From: Streblomastix strix
Lineage: Eukaryota
Assembly (NCBI GenBank): GCA_008636045.1
Contig: SNRW01000017.1
Coordinates: 1 to 42,614, forward strand
Length of the DNA stretch: 42,614 bases
Reading direction: 5' to 3'
Positions within the stretch are counted from its first letter, which is position 1; each line of letters begins with the position of its first letter. Made by a program: the position numbers and the translations under genes. Of the stretch, positions 25,390 to 38,809 are shown piece after piece. A model generated the notes under the pieces. The model had not been told where the DNA came from. It made no database searches and worked only from the letters and a program-made list of their open reading frames with translations.

Positions 25390-26382
25390 TTTCTGCGAAC
25401 AAAATGATAAAATAAATAGGAAAATAATTACGTACAACGAGAAATAAAGTAGAAAACATTCAGTTTTCTTCTGTTGGGTGTAATGTCATGGGTGACTTAG
25501 TAAATACGATAATTTCACACAATGTTGCAGTAAATAATATTATTATCCAATTTTATATTAATGAATATTATATATGTTATTTAATAGTAGTGCTGCATGG
25601 AAAATTAGGTTTAAAAAAATCGGATATGATTTAAATAATAATTATCAAATAAATAATATATTTAAATTCTTAAATATTGTTTTAAATGTCAACAATAATT
25701 AGAAAATACAAAATAATTATTCATAAGTTAAAACATCAGCGTGATAATATTATTTTATGAGAGTGGGTGGTATTTCTCAGTAATTTCATATCAATTTTTT
25801 TTAATTCATATATAAAATATTCATAAAAGTTATGATCATGGTTGTAGGTACATGAAAAATAATTTAAGTTGCAAAGTAGTGACTGAAATGTGTAATTGAT
25901 TAACAATCTGTCAAGCGAAGCTATTTCGGTATCAAACTATATTTAAAATCCATAATTTCTAAAATAATATATAAAAATAGCTTTACATAAACGTTTTCAA
26001 ACTTTCATCAAAGAAACCCTTAAATTTTTTTCTAAAAAATCGTATTTAAACACCGATCAGGATTATTTTATCTTAAAAAGTAATATTTACTACTATAAAA
26101 TTGAATTTTTTTCTTAATTTTTACTAATATAATACTAATTTTAGACTGAAATACAATTTATTTATTTAATTTTCCAAAATCAATTTTTTACTTTATATAA
26201 CATACTTATTATTGTTATTATTATATATTTTGAAAATATGAAGTATTATTTGTATAAATTACACAATTATTAAATATTTTCCATAACATTACTGTAAAAA
26301 AATATTTATTTTCTCTAATTTTATAATATTTTAATATCCATAATTCTTTTTACTCTTTATATTCTTTATCTTATTTAAGAAT

Positions 26383-27978
26383 ATGTCTTAAGGCAGTTAA
26401 ATTCAGCCAAATAATATTGAATAATATTATAAAGATACAATTACATCTTCTTCCGAGCTTAAAAAAGAAACAAATTATCTTCTACACATGCTAATAAGTA
26501 TTTCTAACCTAAAAGATGAAGGATAAAAAATGAATATTGCTAAACAGATGGAATAATTCATCAAATAACACGATTATAATGCCATTTTACCAAATATAAC
26601 TCCATAATTATGTGATTAATTGATGAAATTGATTAGAGGAGGAATAAAAACATTTCAATAATCTCTTCTAAATGTAGTTTGGGAAATAGCAAAACTTGGT
26701 TCAGAATTATCATAATAAAATGAAAACAACATATTCTTCAGTTTATTCAATGATTCAAGATTATTTGTTAAAATTTGGAATATCTTTTATAGTGAAATGA
26801 GTATTAATAAGAAAAGAGGAAATTCTGATGAATATTCAAAACTCCTTATCATAACTTCTTAAATATATTCTGTTATTATAAAGAATTAACAACCAAGATC
26901 TAAATTATCTAGAATAATTGCAGGTATCCATGACTCAAACACCAGGAAATTAATTTAATAATTTAATTAGAACTAAAAACATAAGATAGTAAATAATGAA
27001 TAAATATAAAATAATGAATAATAAAATGAAATCTAACTTTAACTAGAAAGATCATTATATTCAATTTCATCTTTATCAAATTCTAATTAGGTAATGTCAA
27101 TATTAACATATTAGATGAAGTTACATGAAGTCATATTACCTTTAATTCACATCAACTTCCCACCTGAATTAAAATATTCTCAAAATATGGAAATCTCAGA
27201 AACAGAAAATCAATTAAATTTGAAAAGTGCAGTATTTGAATCATTGGGATCACTTATTAATCATCAAATTGATTATTCATTATGTCTACAATATAATCCT
27301 TAAATCCTTGAGCATATATGTGCTTATATAATACCTTTTTCAACTCAATATTAAATTTAAAGAAAATAACATGTTGCATAATCTTTTTTTGAATATAATA
27401 CACATTCCATTTAAATTGCTGTTGGATCAACTTATCTACTTCAATTCATTCTATGCAAAAATAACTCCTTGTGCTCTTAAGCAGAATAAATCCCAAACCT
27501 TGTATCTTCTCTTTTCAATCTAATCAAATTTAACTGTTTTATCCATCAGAATAAAAAAACTGAAATTCAAAGTACAAAAATCAGACTTAATTCTTATATC
27601 GATCTTCGATATATTTAAAGTTATGGATCAAATAAATTAAAGATGAAAATGGGTAATGAATTCAATTATTTGAAAGCATTGATTGAAGGAATTGTTATTG
27701 GAGGAGGAATTTAAGAATTAAATGATTAAATATTTAAACAAATATTAAGTAACATTCATTTTATATTTGAAAATATTTTTATATAATCAAAAACTTTGGA
27801 ATAATTTAATTACAATAGAAGGAGGATTTTATAAGATATAGAAGAATCTGGGAGCAATGAAGAAATTGAAGCTCATTAATTTCACTAAACAAAATCTAAT
27901 GGTGTATAAATGTGGGCAGAAGGAACAAAGAAAATAATGAATAATATAAAGAAAGATTTAACAAATGAATAGTATTGA
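26383..27978 (+). CDS. Intronless 531-aa hypothetical protein (helical, possibly ARM-like, lineage-specific family)
   Basis: Single frame from ATG 26383 (MSQGSQIQPNNIEQYYKD) to TGA 27976-27978 with no internal TGA and many TAA/TAG read as Gln. Includes track ORF 27115-27303. C-terminal IEESGSNEEIEAHQFH...WAEG. Confidence 0.85.
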
Positions 27979-28445
27979 TTAGAAGAATATAATGAAAATA
28001 TTGAAAGAAATTCATTTAAATGATGAAGACTAAGATAAACTTTAAATTTTATTTCAATTTTATCTCTTTATTTATTTAGCACACACACTTTCTTATTTTC
28101 AACATTTTCAACAGTTTCTTTAATCAAATGAGTGATAGTTTTTAATAAAAAAGATTTAAAATACTAGCATGATCTATTATTATTAATTTCTTTCAAATAA
28201 AGATATTCCTATTTATCGTAAGGTTTTATAATCCATATTATTCTTATAATTTTGAATTAAGAATATCAATTTTTTTTAAAAAAAATAAATCAAGAAATAA
28301 TCTTTTTTTATCAAATAAACGAATAAAATTACATATATTATAAATTAAAAATTGATGATACAAAGTGTAATATAATAATAATAAAAAAAAAAATAAAACC
28401 AAACAATTACTGAGTTGTAATCATCCAACATCCAGAACTTAGAAC

Positions 28446-31400
28446 TCAGCAGCAAGCTTCCTTCAGCACAAGAAGCTGATTCATCCTTTTCCCAACAAAC
28501 GAGTCCAAAACGGCTCTTCCTTCTTCAATGTCATCATCATCTGATTCTTGACTGCCGAAGCTGTATTCATCATCTGAGAAAAGATCTTCTTTGTTCGGGT
28601 TATTATTGTTATTGTTATCATTATTGCCATTATTGTCTCGATTTGAGTCATTCTTACTCTCTTTGCTTTCTTATTCAATCTTCTTCCTTATCTAAAACTG
28701 AACTTTCTGTTTCATCCCAAATTCATTATTTTTCATCTCGTTCTCGAAATACTGATCATCGTTCTAGTCATCTTTATCATCTAATTACTCTCCATCTTAT
28801 TTTCCTACTATTATTATCTGCACATTATCACTCTTCTACTTCAATTTATCGATCCGAATCTTCTCTCGTCTAGTTGTTTTCTCATATTCATTGTACATCT
28901 TCCATGTTTCTCCAGTGATCCAGACAATGTCCGTTTAAAACCCACGATCCTCCATTTGCGGTTTTTGTTGGATGTATTGTTGCTGTATTGAGTCTTGTTT
29001 ATAGGATGTTTGCTCTGAATCGTATTGTTGCATTTAGATTTGATTATTGGTATTAATGTTATTATTTATTATTTATTATTTGTATTCTTTCTCTCTTATT
29101 CTTTCATTTGAATTTCCTCTTTATAATGAATTTTCTTCTTCTTCTTCTTCTTCTTCATTATCTTCATCACTTTCAGAATCCCAAACTGCTCCTCCATTGT
29201 CTAAGATTTGTTATTTTTTATTTTCTTTATCTTTTTTTCTTTTATCTAATTCTTGTTTTCTTTTCTATTCTTGCTCTTTTTCTTTTAATTATTTTTATTC
29301 TATTTCTTTTTTCTATTATTATTCTTTGGCATTATTTTATTATTTTCCTTATTCAAGGCTATTTTAAGATTAAATTTTCGATCCAATAGATAATTTGGGA
29401 ATTGATTTAGATTTACCAACTTATGAAATGTTTAATTTTGAGATTGCAGGAATTTGTTTTATTGATGACATTGATGAAGCCGAAGCTACTGTTTCTATAA
29501 CCGAATTGGTATTTGTATTAATATTTGCATTTGAACTAATATTCTAATTCGCAATAGTATTCGCATCTGTCTCAGCAGATGGATAGAAATCCTTTGTCTG
29601 AAGTTAAATAACCCTTGGAGTGATTATTTTTTTTATATTATTATTATTTTAATTGATATTATTATTATTATTATTTTAATTGATATTATTATTATTATTA
29701 TTTTAATTGATATTATTATTATTAGCTTCAGATTAAGATTATTAATTAATTTCAGATTAAGATAATTAAGAATGATGTGTTGATTGAGATCGACTTGTTT
29801 TCCTTCCTCTTTATTCAGATTCGCTTTTCTTATCATTTATATTATATCTGGAACTCGATTTGGAAGTTCTGGATGTCCTGGATCCCTTTGATTTTGATAG
29901 AGTTTGCTTTTTCTTACTATTTATTGAATGATCTCTTTGTTAATTATCTTCATTGTCTACATCTTTAAATTTTATTTGTTTATCTCTTGTATTAATATGT
30001 TTGTAATTTGAGTCTTTTTCTTATAATTATTATTATTGTTATTATTTACTATTACTAATATTACTCTTATAAACTTAATTCATTCTTCTTTCTTCAGAAG
30101 ATTGTCTGCTAATTTACTCATTTTAATTCTTTTCCCTATCTTTAACATTAATTCTTATTCTTTTATCCTGATTATCATTATTATCATTGTTATTTTAATT
30201 GGCATTATTATCATTGTTATTGTTATTGTTATCAAATTAATTATTATTATCATTGTTATTGTTATTATGATTTGATCGTCTGTATGAATGCGATCTTGGA
30301 GTTATACTTCGTTTAGTTTCTCTTACTGAATCAATACCTGAAATAAATATAATTTAATATAATATAAAGAATAATGAATTATAAATTAAATATATAATAA
30401 ATATTAATATAATACATAATATAATATAATATAATCAAACTTAATAAATATCCTGGATCATCAATCTATTACAATTATTGTGAATCCGATTTCTAACTTA
30501 CAACTTTCATTGGGATTTAATCATTATACAAATTTAATTGTTGTTCTTATTCTATTTATTCGGCCTTTTATTAAATTGGTAGCGATTTAGTGATTTACTT
30601 CAATAATGGTTATAATTATAATGATTATTACAATGATTATTATTAAGGTTATTATTATATTTACTATTATTATGACTATTACAATTATGATTAAGGTTAA
30701 ATATGAATCTATTACTATTATTACTATTATTATTACTATTATTACTATGAATGAGTTGTATGTGCTTTATATTTGTGATGAGGTGAGTTAGGAGCGCTTC
30801 TTTCATTTGAATGTCGGTCTAATTATGAATATCTTCTTTCTTTCTATGGATTCTTATCCTTATCAAGCTGTGATACTTTATCATATGAGTATTATTGAGA
30901 TATTTATTGGTAACTATGCTATGTTAATTATTATTGCTAATGTTTTTGTTACTATTATTACTATTTTTGTTGTTATTATTATTGCTGTAGTTATTTCTGC
31001 TGATTAAGTTTAATATCTTCTTGTTATTGATGGTTCTGCTGCTGGTGTTTATCGGCTACAACTATTCCCCTTGATTTTTATCTTTCCTTCTTTAGCTGTG
31101 AATTTGTATGCTGACTCACATATAGATGTCTATTTGGAGATTGACGAGGTTATTATTATTATAATAATAATAATTATTAATTCTGTTATTACTTCAAGTC
31201 TGTATTAATTTATTATTATTATATTTATACTTACTTCTCATTCTAACTGTATACTTCATTATCATCATCTTCTTCATCTTGATCTTCTTCATCTTCTCTT
31301 TCAATCTATCTTCCTCTTTATCTATTATTCTAATCAATATTATTCTAATCAATATTATTCAATTATTACTATTATTATTACTATATATTACCACCTCTAT

Positions 31401-32650
31401 TTTGACCCATAATCCAAACTCTGTCCTATAAACATTCAGAAGCAGATCTCGCTCTCTCGTTGGAAGAATATCTGAAGCATCTCTTGAATAGGAAATCAAT
31501 AACTGCTTACTTCATGTCTGTATGTGAGAATGATTTTCTTTCTGGTGAGATGTATTAGTACTCTTATAGTTTGTATTGGATTGGAGATGTTGAATGCTAT
31601 TAGTTTTATTGTTATTGTTATTATTATTGTTATTATTATTATTCATTACCAGAACCCTAACTCTAACTAAAAGGTAGTTATCCAGTTGATTTTACAATTC
31701 CTTCTTCTTCTTGCTCTAGACGATCCATTGCAATAATTAATCTCTCTTTAAGAGTGAATCCGCTTATTTTGCTGTTCTATTTGAGTGAAGACATTTGTGA
31801 ATGGGGAATTTTCTTGAATTTGGAATCGGGGACGAAAGCAAATGTGGACCTGTCTAGTTCACCAAAGTTCTGGTTGGGTATGGAAATATGTAAAATAATA
31901 AATAATGTATGAAAATAAATAAAGAAAGTAAATTAGTGAATAAATAATAGAAACTAGTATATAATATAATAATCTTTGGTAGTAAAAGAAAATAATATAA
32001 TATAATATTAATACACATAATATATAATATATATCAACTATATAATATATAATATAATATAATATATAATCTATACAAACCTCCTTCATAAAATTAAATC
32101 TCTCCTCATCTTTCTCAGCTTATAGAACTGGTTCTCCAATTATGGCCTCTGCAAATAATATGCCAAAAGCCCAGATATCATTGGCTGCTGTTTTATATGC
32201 ATCTGATTGAGTGAATTAAAAATATAGTAGATGAATATTATTATGAAATGAAATAAGTGAAAATTTATAAGTGATAATTACCCATATTTTTGTCTTCAGT
32301 AAGCAATAGCGCTTCTGGTGAGAAATATGATCGGTTGCTGATCGTGTTTGTACCAAGGAATTGTATCTAAATTGTAAGTTGAAAGTAAATATTAGAAATA
32401 TATGCTTTATATTTCATACTTCGCCCTTCTTTGAAACAAGTACAGCATCAGACCGCATGTTTCCGAGAGATTTTCCCTTTTCATGAAGTGATTGAAGTGC
32501 ACGAAGGATACGCTTGAAAAGTTTGATTGTTTTTCCTAGTGGGATACGTCCTAAATATATACAGAGTTAAAAATTATAAATGTAAAATAAAATATTATAT
32601 GTAGTACCTTTTCCAAGGCGATATAAGTCTGCAAGTGTTACCAGAACCAT
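28446..32650 (-). CDS. Pseudokinase (protein-kinase C-lobe only) with very long Q/N/E-rich low-complexity tail
   Basis: Spliced translation MVLVTLADLYRLGKGRIPLGKTIKLFKRILRALQSLHEKGKSLGNMRSDAVLVSKKGE / IQFLGTNTISNRSYFSPEAL / NDIWAFGILFAEAIIGEP matches kinase subdomains VIa-IX. The tail ends ...VLDSFVGKRMNQLLVLKEACC-TGA at 28446-28448. The middle frame was only partly checked. Confidence 0.7.
29633..29725 (-). repeat. 27-bp coding tandem repeat x3 (NNNNINQN-like)
   Basis: ATTATTATTTTAATTGATATTATTATT repeated three times on the + strand. Confidence 0.75.
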
Positions 32651-33133
32651 ATAATTATTCTATATATAAAAAAGTAATTATAATTTAAATAATAAAAACA
32701 ATAGTTATAATTCTAAAGTTAATTAAACAATACGAACAGCAAGAAATAGCAATTTTTTTAAAATTTTTATTCTTGAATCGAATATAGTTTATTTGACAGT
32801 TAATTGGATAATAAAATTTATAATTTGTATGGTAAAATAAATTTAATTTAAAATATTTATTTTTGTGTGGATAAACAATGCAATCAAGCCAATTTTAATT
32901 TAAAAATTAATTTCTGGATGTCAGTCATATCATATTAAATTGAAATAAGATATATAATTTGTATTTTTATTATAATTTATAATTTAACGAATAATATAGA
33001 CACAAACAAAGTATACGAAAGGGTTTTGAGAAATCCAATTTCCACAGTTGAACTAATAATTATTATCATATTTATGATAAAGTTGAAATTTTATTAATTA
33101 ATAAATGATGTATTATGAACTGAATAAGCGTGC

Positions 33134-34602
33134 TCATGGCAAAATTCCAACTGGTTCGATAGGAGTGTTGTGTGGTTCGTCCTTTGTGATTGTTTCACGT
33201 TTCGTAGCAAGCTCCAACACAATTTCACGCATAACTTCTGTAGTTCCCTTCTTAATTGTGAATAATCCTTCGATCTATACAATATTATTAATGCATTAGA
33301 ATTAGAAAAAAAAATTAATTTTGTTGAATAAGAATTAATATTTAAGGGAAAAAAAATAAAAAAAAAAAAATAGAAAATTGATTAGAAAGTTATATATATA
33401 ATAAATAAATATATAAACCTTCTCCTATCTAGGCGCTGGTCTTTCGACGTGATATCTCTCTTCAACTTCACCTAATAGTCAAATTTAGATAAAAAGATCA
33501 ATAAATTGACAACAAATAAATAAATACTTAAATATTCAATAATCTATTAAATATAAACCATATGGTGCCAGTGGCTTCTTTCTGATAATAACGAGATTAA
33601 CATAGAAACCACTTCCCTCATCATTTATAATACCAGCCTATATATATTTATGAATTAATAACAACAGAAAAAATAACAATATAAAAAATAACAATACAAT
33701 ATAAATATTTATAATATAATATAATATAATATAATATAAACATTAATATATTTATACCCTAATTGCTTCAGTTGCAATTTGAGCAGCTTCTTCTTCCTTT
33801 ATAATTTTAATTAGTATGAAAATAAAAATAAAGAAAAATTAAAATTAAAAAATTAAATTAATTTTAATTTATAATTTTCTATACTTCCAACCCATCCCTG
33901 AATTTGGCTTCAAAAACACTCATAGCTGCATATGATCCTGATCCATTGCTTAATAACCAAATTAATATTGAATGTACAAGTCAATAATTAGATCAATTAA
34001 CTGTCATATTGAGACATACACAACAAAATCTTCGCTGGATGCATTCCCATAATTTGACACTGAGTATAAATGCGATCCCAAGAAGTCTACGCCACCGAGA
34101 ATGACGTGAGCACCAACATGACCTTGATATTAGAATAGATGCCGTTTAAGACGAACACAAATAGTGTCTACGCGAGGTGTGCGGTTCATGTTCAGCTCCA
34201 AAAGGCGGACTTGTGACGCAACCATCCTCATAACTGCATAAGTAGAGTTAAATGTAGAAATTTATTCAAGAAATGAAATATAACAGAATAAATTTTATAT
34301 GTAGACCATGGTCATTATCAGCAGCAGTCCCAGCACCAGCGCAGTAGATGTTCGGAGTTATCTTGTGAAGTTTTACGCATTCCTTGTCCATTACCAGGGA
34401 TCCAGCAGTTGCACGTGTATCAGAAGCCAATATAATACCACCCTACAGATAAATATAATCAAAATAATTAGAAATTTGAAGCGAACACGCAGAAAAAAGT
34501 GAAACAACATTTTTGCGGTAATTTATCCAACTACTCGTTGTTTCATACCTTATATTTAAGTCCTACTATTGTTGTCCCCGTCTTTTTATTTCCTCTTTAC
34601 AT
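33134..34602 (-). CDS. PSMB7: 20S proteasome subunit beta type-7 (beta2, Pup1 orthologue), multi-exon
   Basis: [26 protein letters not shown]...[85 protein letters not shown] at 33134-33136. Confidence 0.95.
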
Positions 34603-34827
34603 TATTTGATTTTTATTAACTTCTCAATGAGAAAATACGGTATGAGAAATAATAATAACCAATAATTCGTTAATGAATTGGTATATTTTTATTTGTAATA
34701 TGAGTGACAAATGACTATTGTATGGTATTAGTATGCAGCTCTAATATGAAACGAATCACTCATCTATCGTAAAATTGAATTGTTTTTTGTTATTACATCC
34801 ATCAATCGCAAAATAGTATTGACTAGA

Positions 34828-35446
34828 TCATGGATTAACTACTGCGCAGCTCTAGTTCTGCCCTTTCATAGCTATAATCAACCCAACGATAAGCCCATAC
34901 AGCGCCAGAGCTTCCCCAAAGATCAATATCAGCAGCATCCCCACAAACAGCTTTGGCTGTCTTGCGTTAGCTCTAACACCAGCATCTCCGACAATACCGA
35001 TGCATATACCAGCTGCCAGAGCCGAAAATCCGACGCATAACCCACCAGACAGATGTGCAAATGACGCATAGAGTGTATATTGGTTGCCGATTCCCATTTC
35101 TATGATGATGGCAGCAATAAGGCCATAGATACCGAGGATACCTGAATGAATATAAATGAAAAAGTTATGAAGTAGGTTTTTATATTAGATTTATGGTATA
35201 CCAGCCATAATTGTAGGAATTGTTGATTTCACAATAAGAGCAGGATGGAGAACACCCATAACGCACACACCAACGCCTGCCTTAGCTGCACCGTAGCATG
35301 ATCCGAAATCTAACAATGAGAATATTAATAAATATAAATAAAAAGAATCTATGTGGTAAACTGGCAAATATCAGTGCACAAGCAGCACCGAGAAAACCAT
35401 AGAATGTTGAATATGCTGGGCAGATCTCAGATACAACGATGGACAT
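34828..35446 (-). CDS. ATP6V0C: V-type H+-ATPase 16-kDa proteolipid subunit c, three exons
   Basis: [28 protein letters not shown] / [13 protein letters not shown]...IPTIMAG / ILGIYGLI...[41 protein letters not shown]. The essential Glu is present. The frame reads through TAG (Q) to TGA at 34828-34830. Confidence 0.97.
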
Positions 35447-36385
35447 CGGCTCTGATAGAAAAAAAATTAGTAAAAAACATGTCTAAACCGGCAAAAATTT
35501 CAGAATTAAATTAATTAACTATGAAAACGATTTCGTTATTCCATTAAATTGCGATGGGTGTAGATTAATATGAATTAAAATGTAATTACAATGAAAAATA
35601 ATAAATATAAGCTTAATTAAGTTCAAAAGCTTATGAATAGGTTGTTTTGTGTAAATTTTTGTTTCAGCTGGTTTTACGGTTAAACGTGATGTAGATGGTT
35701 AGCGCAAATGTTTATATGGAAAATATTTCCAATTACTAAAGTTAATTAAAGTAATATCAATGTATATTATTTTGCCCACAAACAGAAAACAGTGATTCTT
35801 TGGCAAATATTTCTGAAAAATAAATAATATTTTATTGAACCAAATTTTCGTAATTAGGAAGGGCTTTCTATTAAATTATTTATGAAAAGCACAGAAATAA
35901 TGAAATTTAATATTTTATAAAAATAATCAGTGATTTTTTTTTTTTTTTACTCTTCAAAACCTGATTTCTCATTAAACGTTAGTTACAATTTTGTTTACTG
36001 CATTAATTTAATTTAATTTTTATATTTTATTATTATTACATTTATTTATTTATTAGTTAAACTTATTTTTATCGAGTTTTTAGATTTTATTAAAAAAATT
36101 TTTTTTTCAGCTTTGTTCTGAACGGAAATTTTTATTTTGATAACTAATCTTAAATTCTACTCGATTATAGCTACAATTTTATTTCAAAACCATTTATTAA
36201 TAACTTTTCTTATCCACATTATGGATAAAAAAATATTCTTATACCATCTCTTCTTATAAACCATCTATTTTATAAAATTTATTTCATAATTTATTTGTTA
36301 CTTAACAAGTTAAAAAAATATTTATAATACATTACAAATTATTATATTATTTCTTCTTTTGAATATTAAAATCAGATTAACTTCA

Positions 36386-37505
36386 ATGACAGTTCCCAAT
36401 GAATGTAATATTATTGACGGTCTGCTTGGACTTGGACCTGACATTCTATTGGAAGTACTTTCGGAGATTGATTATCCATTAGATATGCAATAGTTCCTAA
36501 TAACTTGCATAAAGATCTTCAAATTGAAAAATCATCGACGATTTCTATCATTTTTAGATAAATTTAGTTTGAATAACTGAAAAACAATTTTTAGATCAAT
36601 TTATATTTTTTTATTTCAATGATATTTCATATAATTCAGGTCCTTCCATTGCAATCCACAATCCAGATCCTTCAAAGATTGAATTTTCTGATGTTGATGG
36701 AGTTCAAAAGAAAATAACATATTTATCTGGAAGAAATAATACAGTTTCATTAACATAAGTACTTGAAAATGGAATCTGGTCCATGGAAGCTTAAATATAA
36801 AATGCTTAATTTAGATGCGGAGGTTTATACCTTCAAAAATCTTTACAATATTATAATTTACTATTATTATTTATAAAGCTGTTGGAATTGTAAGAGATTC
36901 ACACTAATTTTTAGCTGGTTCTAACCCTAGTGACTTTATTCGTATAATTTCTTTTATTATTTTAAGATTATTTAATTCAAACATATTTTATTGTTTTAGA
37001 CAAAAATCATTGTATCGTTTATTCTGGAATGTTTGATTAATAATTACTATTATAACTCATATAATATTATCTATTTTTAATTGTTAATATTTAATATTAA
37101 TTTTGTATTAATTTTTCTTATTTTTTATTATTTATTCTAAATTTTCAAAGGGGTTGGGGCCCAGATGGATCTGTATATTATAAAGACAATAATAATTTAG
37201 GTAATGAAATATATAATAGCAAATAAATTGTCAGATCTGAATATGACTCGGAAAAGGGAACTTTGATCTGGTTTGTTGATGAAGTTCAATAACCAGTCTA
37301 TATAACTGGTATCAAAGAGAAAGTTCGTTTCTTCGTATGGTTTTATTATCTGAATATAAAATTATTATTTTTTTAATTAAAATGTTTTTAGATATATATG
37401 AATTATGCTGGATAATATTGCATCATTAAATCTCTGAAGAAACTTTTGAGTCCAACTTCTGGGCATGTTTAAAACAAGAAAGTTATTCAATGGTAATTAA
37501 ATTGA
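36386..37505 (+). CDS. F-box-like plus SPRY/B30.2-like protein, distant paralog of 11807-13178
   Basis: MTVPNECNIIDGLLGLGPDILLEVLSEIDYPLDMQQFLITC, then TVSLTQVLENGIWSMEA, VGIVRDS, EYDSEKGTLIWFVDEVQQPVYITGIKEKVRFF, KLLSPTSGHV. TGA at 37503-37505. Confidence 0.72.
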
Positions 37506-37726
37506 AAAGTTCTAATATTGCATTGAACCGTTTTGAATATTTATTAAATATGCATTAATTTTTATCTTATTAAATTAGTCCATCTCATAAACTTTTTGAT
37601 AAATAAGAAAAATTAATAAAACAATTCAATTAACTTAATTTTAATTTAAATTCAAACCAAATTTTTTTTATTCAAATTTTTTAATCTTTTTTAAGAATTA
37701 ATTATCTTTTATTTCTATAAAGTGTT

Positions 37727-38040
37727 GAATAGTTGAAAGAATTAATTCTTGATGAATCACAACTTGAAAGAACATCGAATGTCTTCAAAAGAACAATGGC
37801 CTACGTTATGAACATTGGCGGATCAGCCAAATTGTTGAATAAGATCGAAGCTATGAAATTTATCATAAGTCGAACAGTAGCGAATGTGTTCAATAATCAT
37901 TTCATTGAGATGGATCCTGAGTTCTCAGAAGAAATTGGATTGATTGTGAGAGGAAAGATGGATTAAGACCAGGAGATAAAAGAAGATAATTATGAATAAA
38001 ATGAATAAAAGTAATGATAAATATTTCGACTTTAGAGTAA
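37727..38040 (+). pseudogene. 3'-terminal fragment of the TmcB-like/hemerythrin gene
   Basis: Track ORF 37733-37966 is amino-acid identical to 16321-16554 (-). Homology begins abruptly at 37727 with no upstream exons. Confidence 0.8.
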
Positions 38041-38809
38041 GAAAATAGCATTTCATTCAATATTTTTGTTTTACCATATTATTTTATTTATTTTATTTAT
38101 TTTTTTGATCGTATTATTATCATCATACTACGTAGGGTATTTAATTTTTATTTATTTCTTCGAAGTAATATTTTTTTATTTAATTATTCACAAATCGCTA
38201 ATTATAATTTTGTTTTACATTATTTTAATTATTCAAGTCATAATTTATTATACGAATTGTCTTATATTTAATATTCTCGTATTTTAATTATCTTGATTCA
38301 TATATTCATTTTTTTATTAGTCTTATCTCTTCAATTCTACATTTTTACATTTTAATAACTATTATTCATTTTAATTAATAATTTATTTCTATATTTTTGC
38401 ATCAGCATATTTTCAAACACTTTAAACCTCTATTTAACAATTTGACTTTAATATTAATCAATCTATCAATTTTACTTCATTTTTTATTAATTGTTCTTGA
38501 GTAACAATATATTAATCTAGTATTAAATATAGATATTTAATTTCATACGATTGCGAAACTAATTCATAAATTAAAAAATAATAATAATTTAAGTTCAATT
38601 TGTTTATTTAAAGCAGAAAATATAATAATAATCACTCTTTGAAGTCTAATAAAAATAGAAAAAAATTATAAAAAACTGGGGTTTTGAAATTTTATATCAG
38701 AAAATAGGAGAAAAACTTTGTGAATTGGAGTGTTGATCAAATGGAGTTGAAACTTCCTCAGATAATTGATTTTTTTACTAAATTAGATAAGGAGACAAAT
38801 TATTATAAT

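Noticed and set aside
25440..26380. AT-rich intergenic regions here and at 35460-36380 as ncRNA or tRNA loci
   Set aside because: No recognisable tRNA, rRNA or snRNA motifs or convincing stems; consistent with divergent promoter regions.
28481..28678. Track ORF ending FWTRLLGKG as the true C-terminus of the pseudokinase gene
   Set aside because: Following the upstream open frame leads into a different frame ending LKEACC-TGA at 28446.
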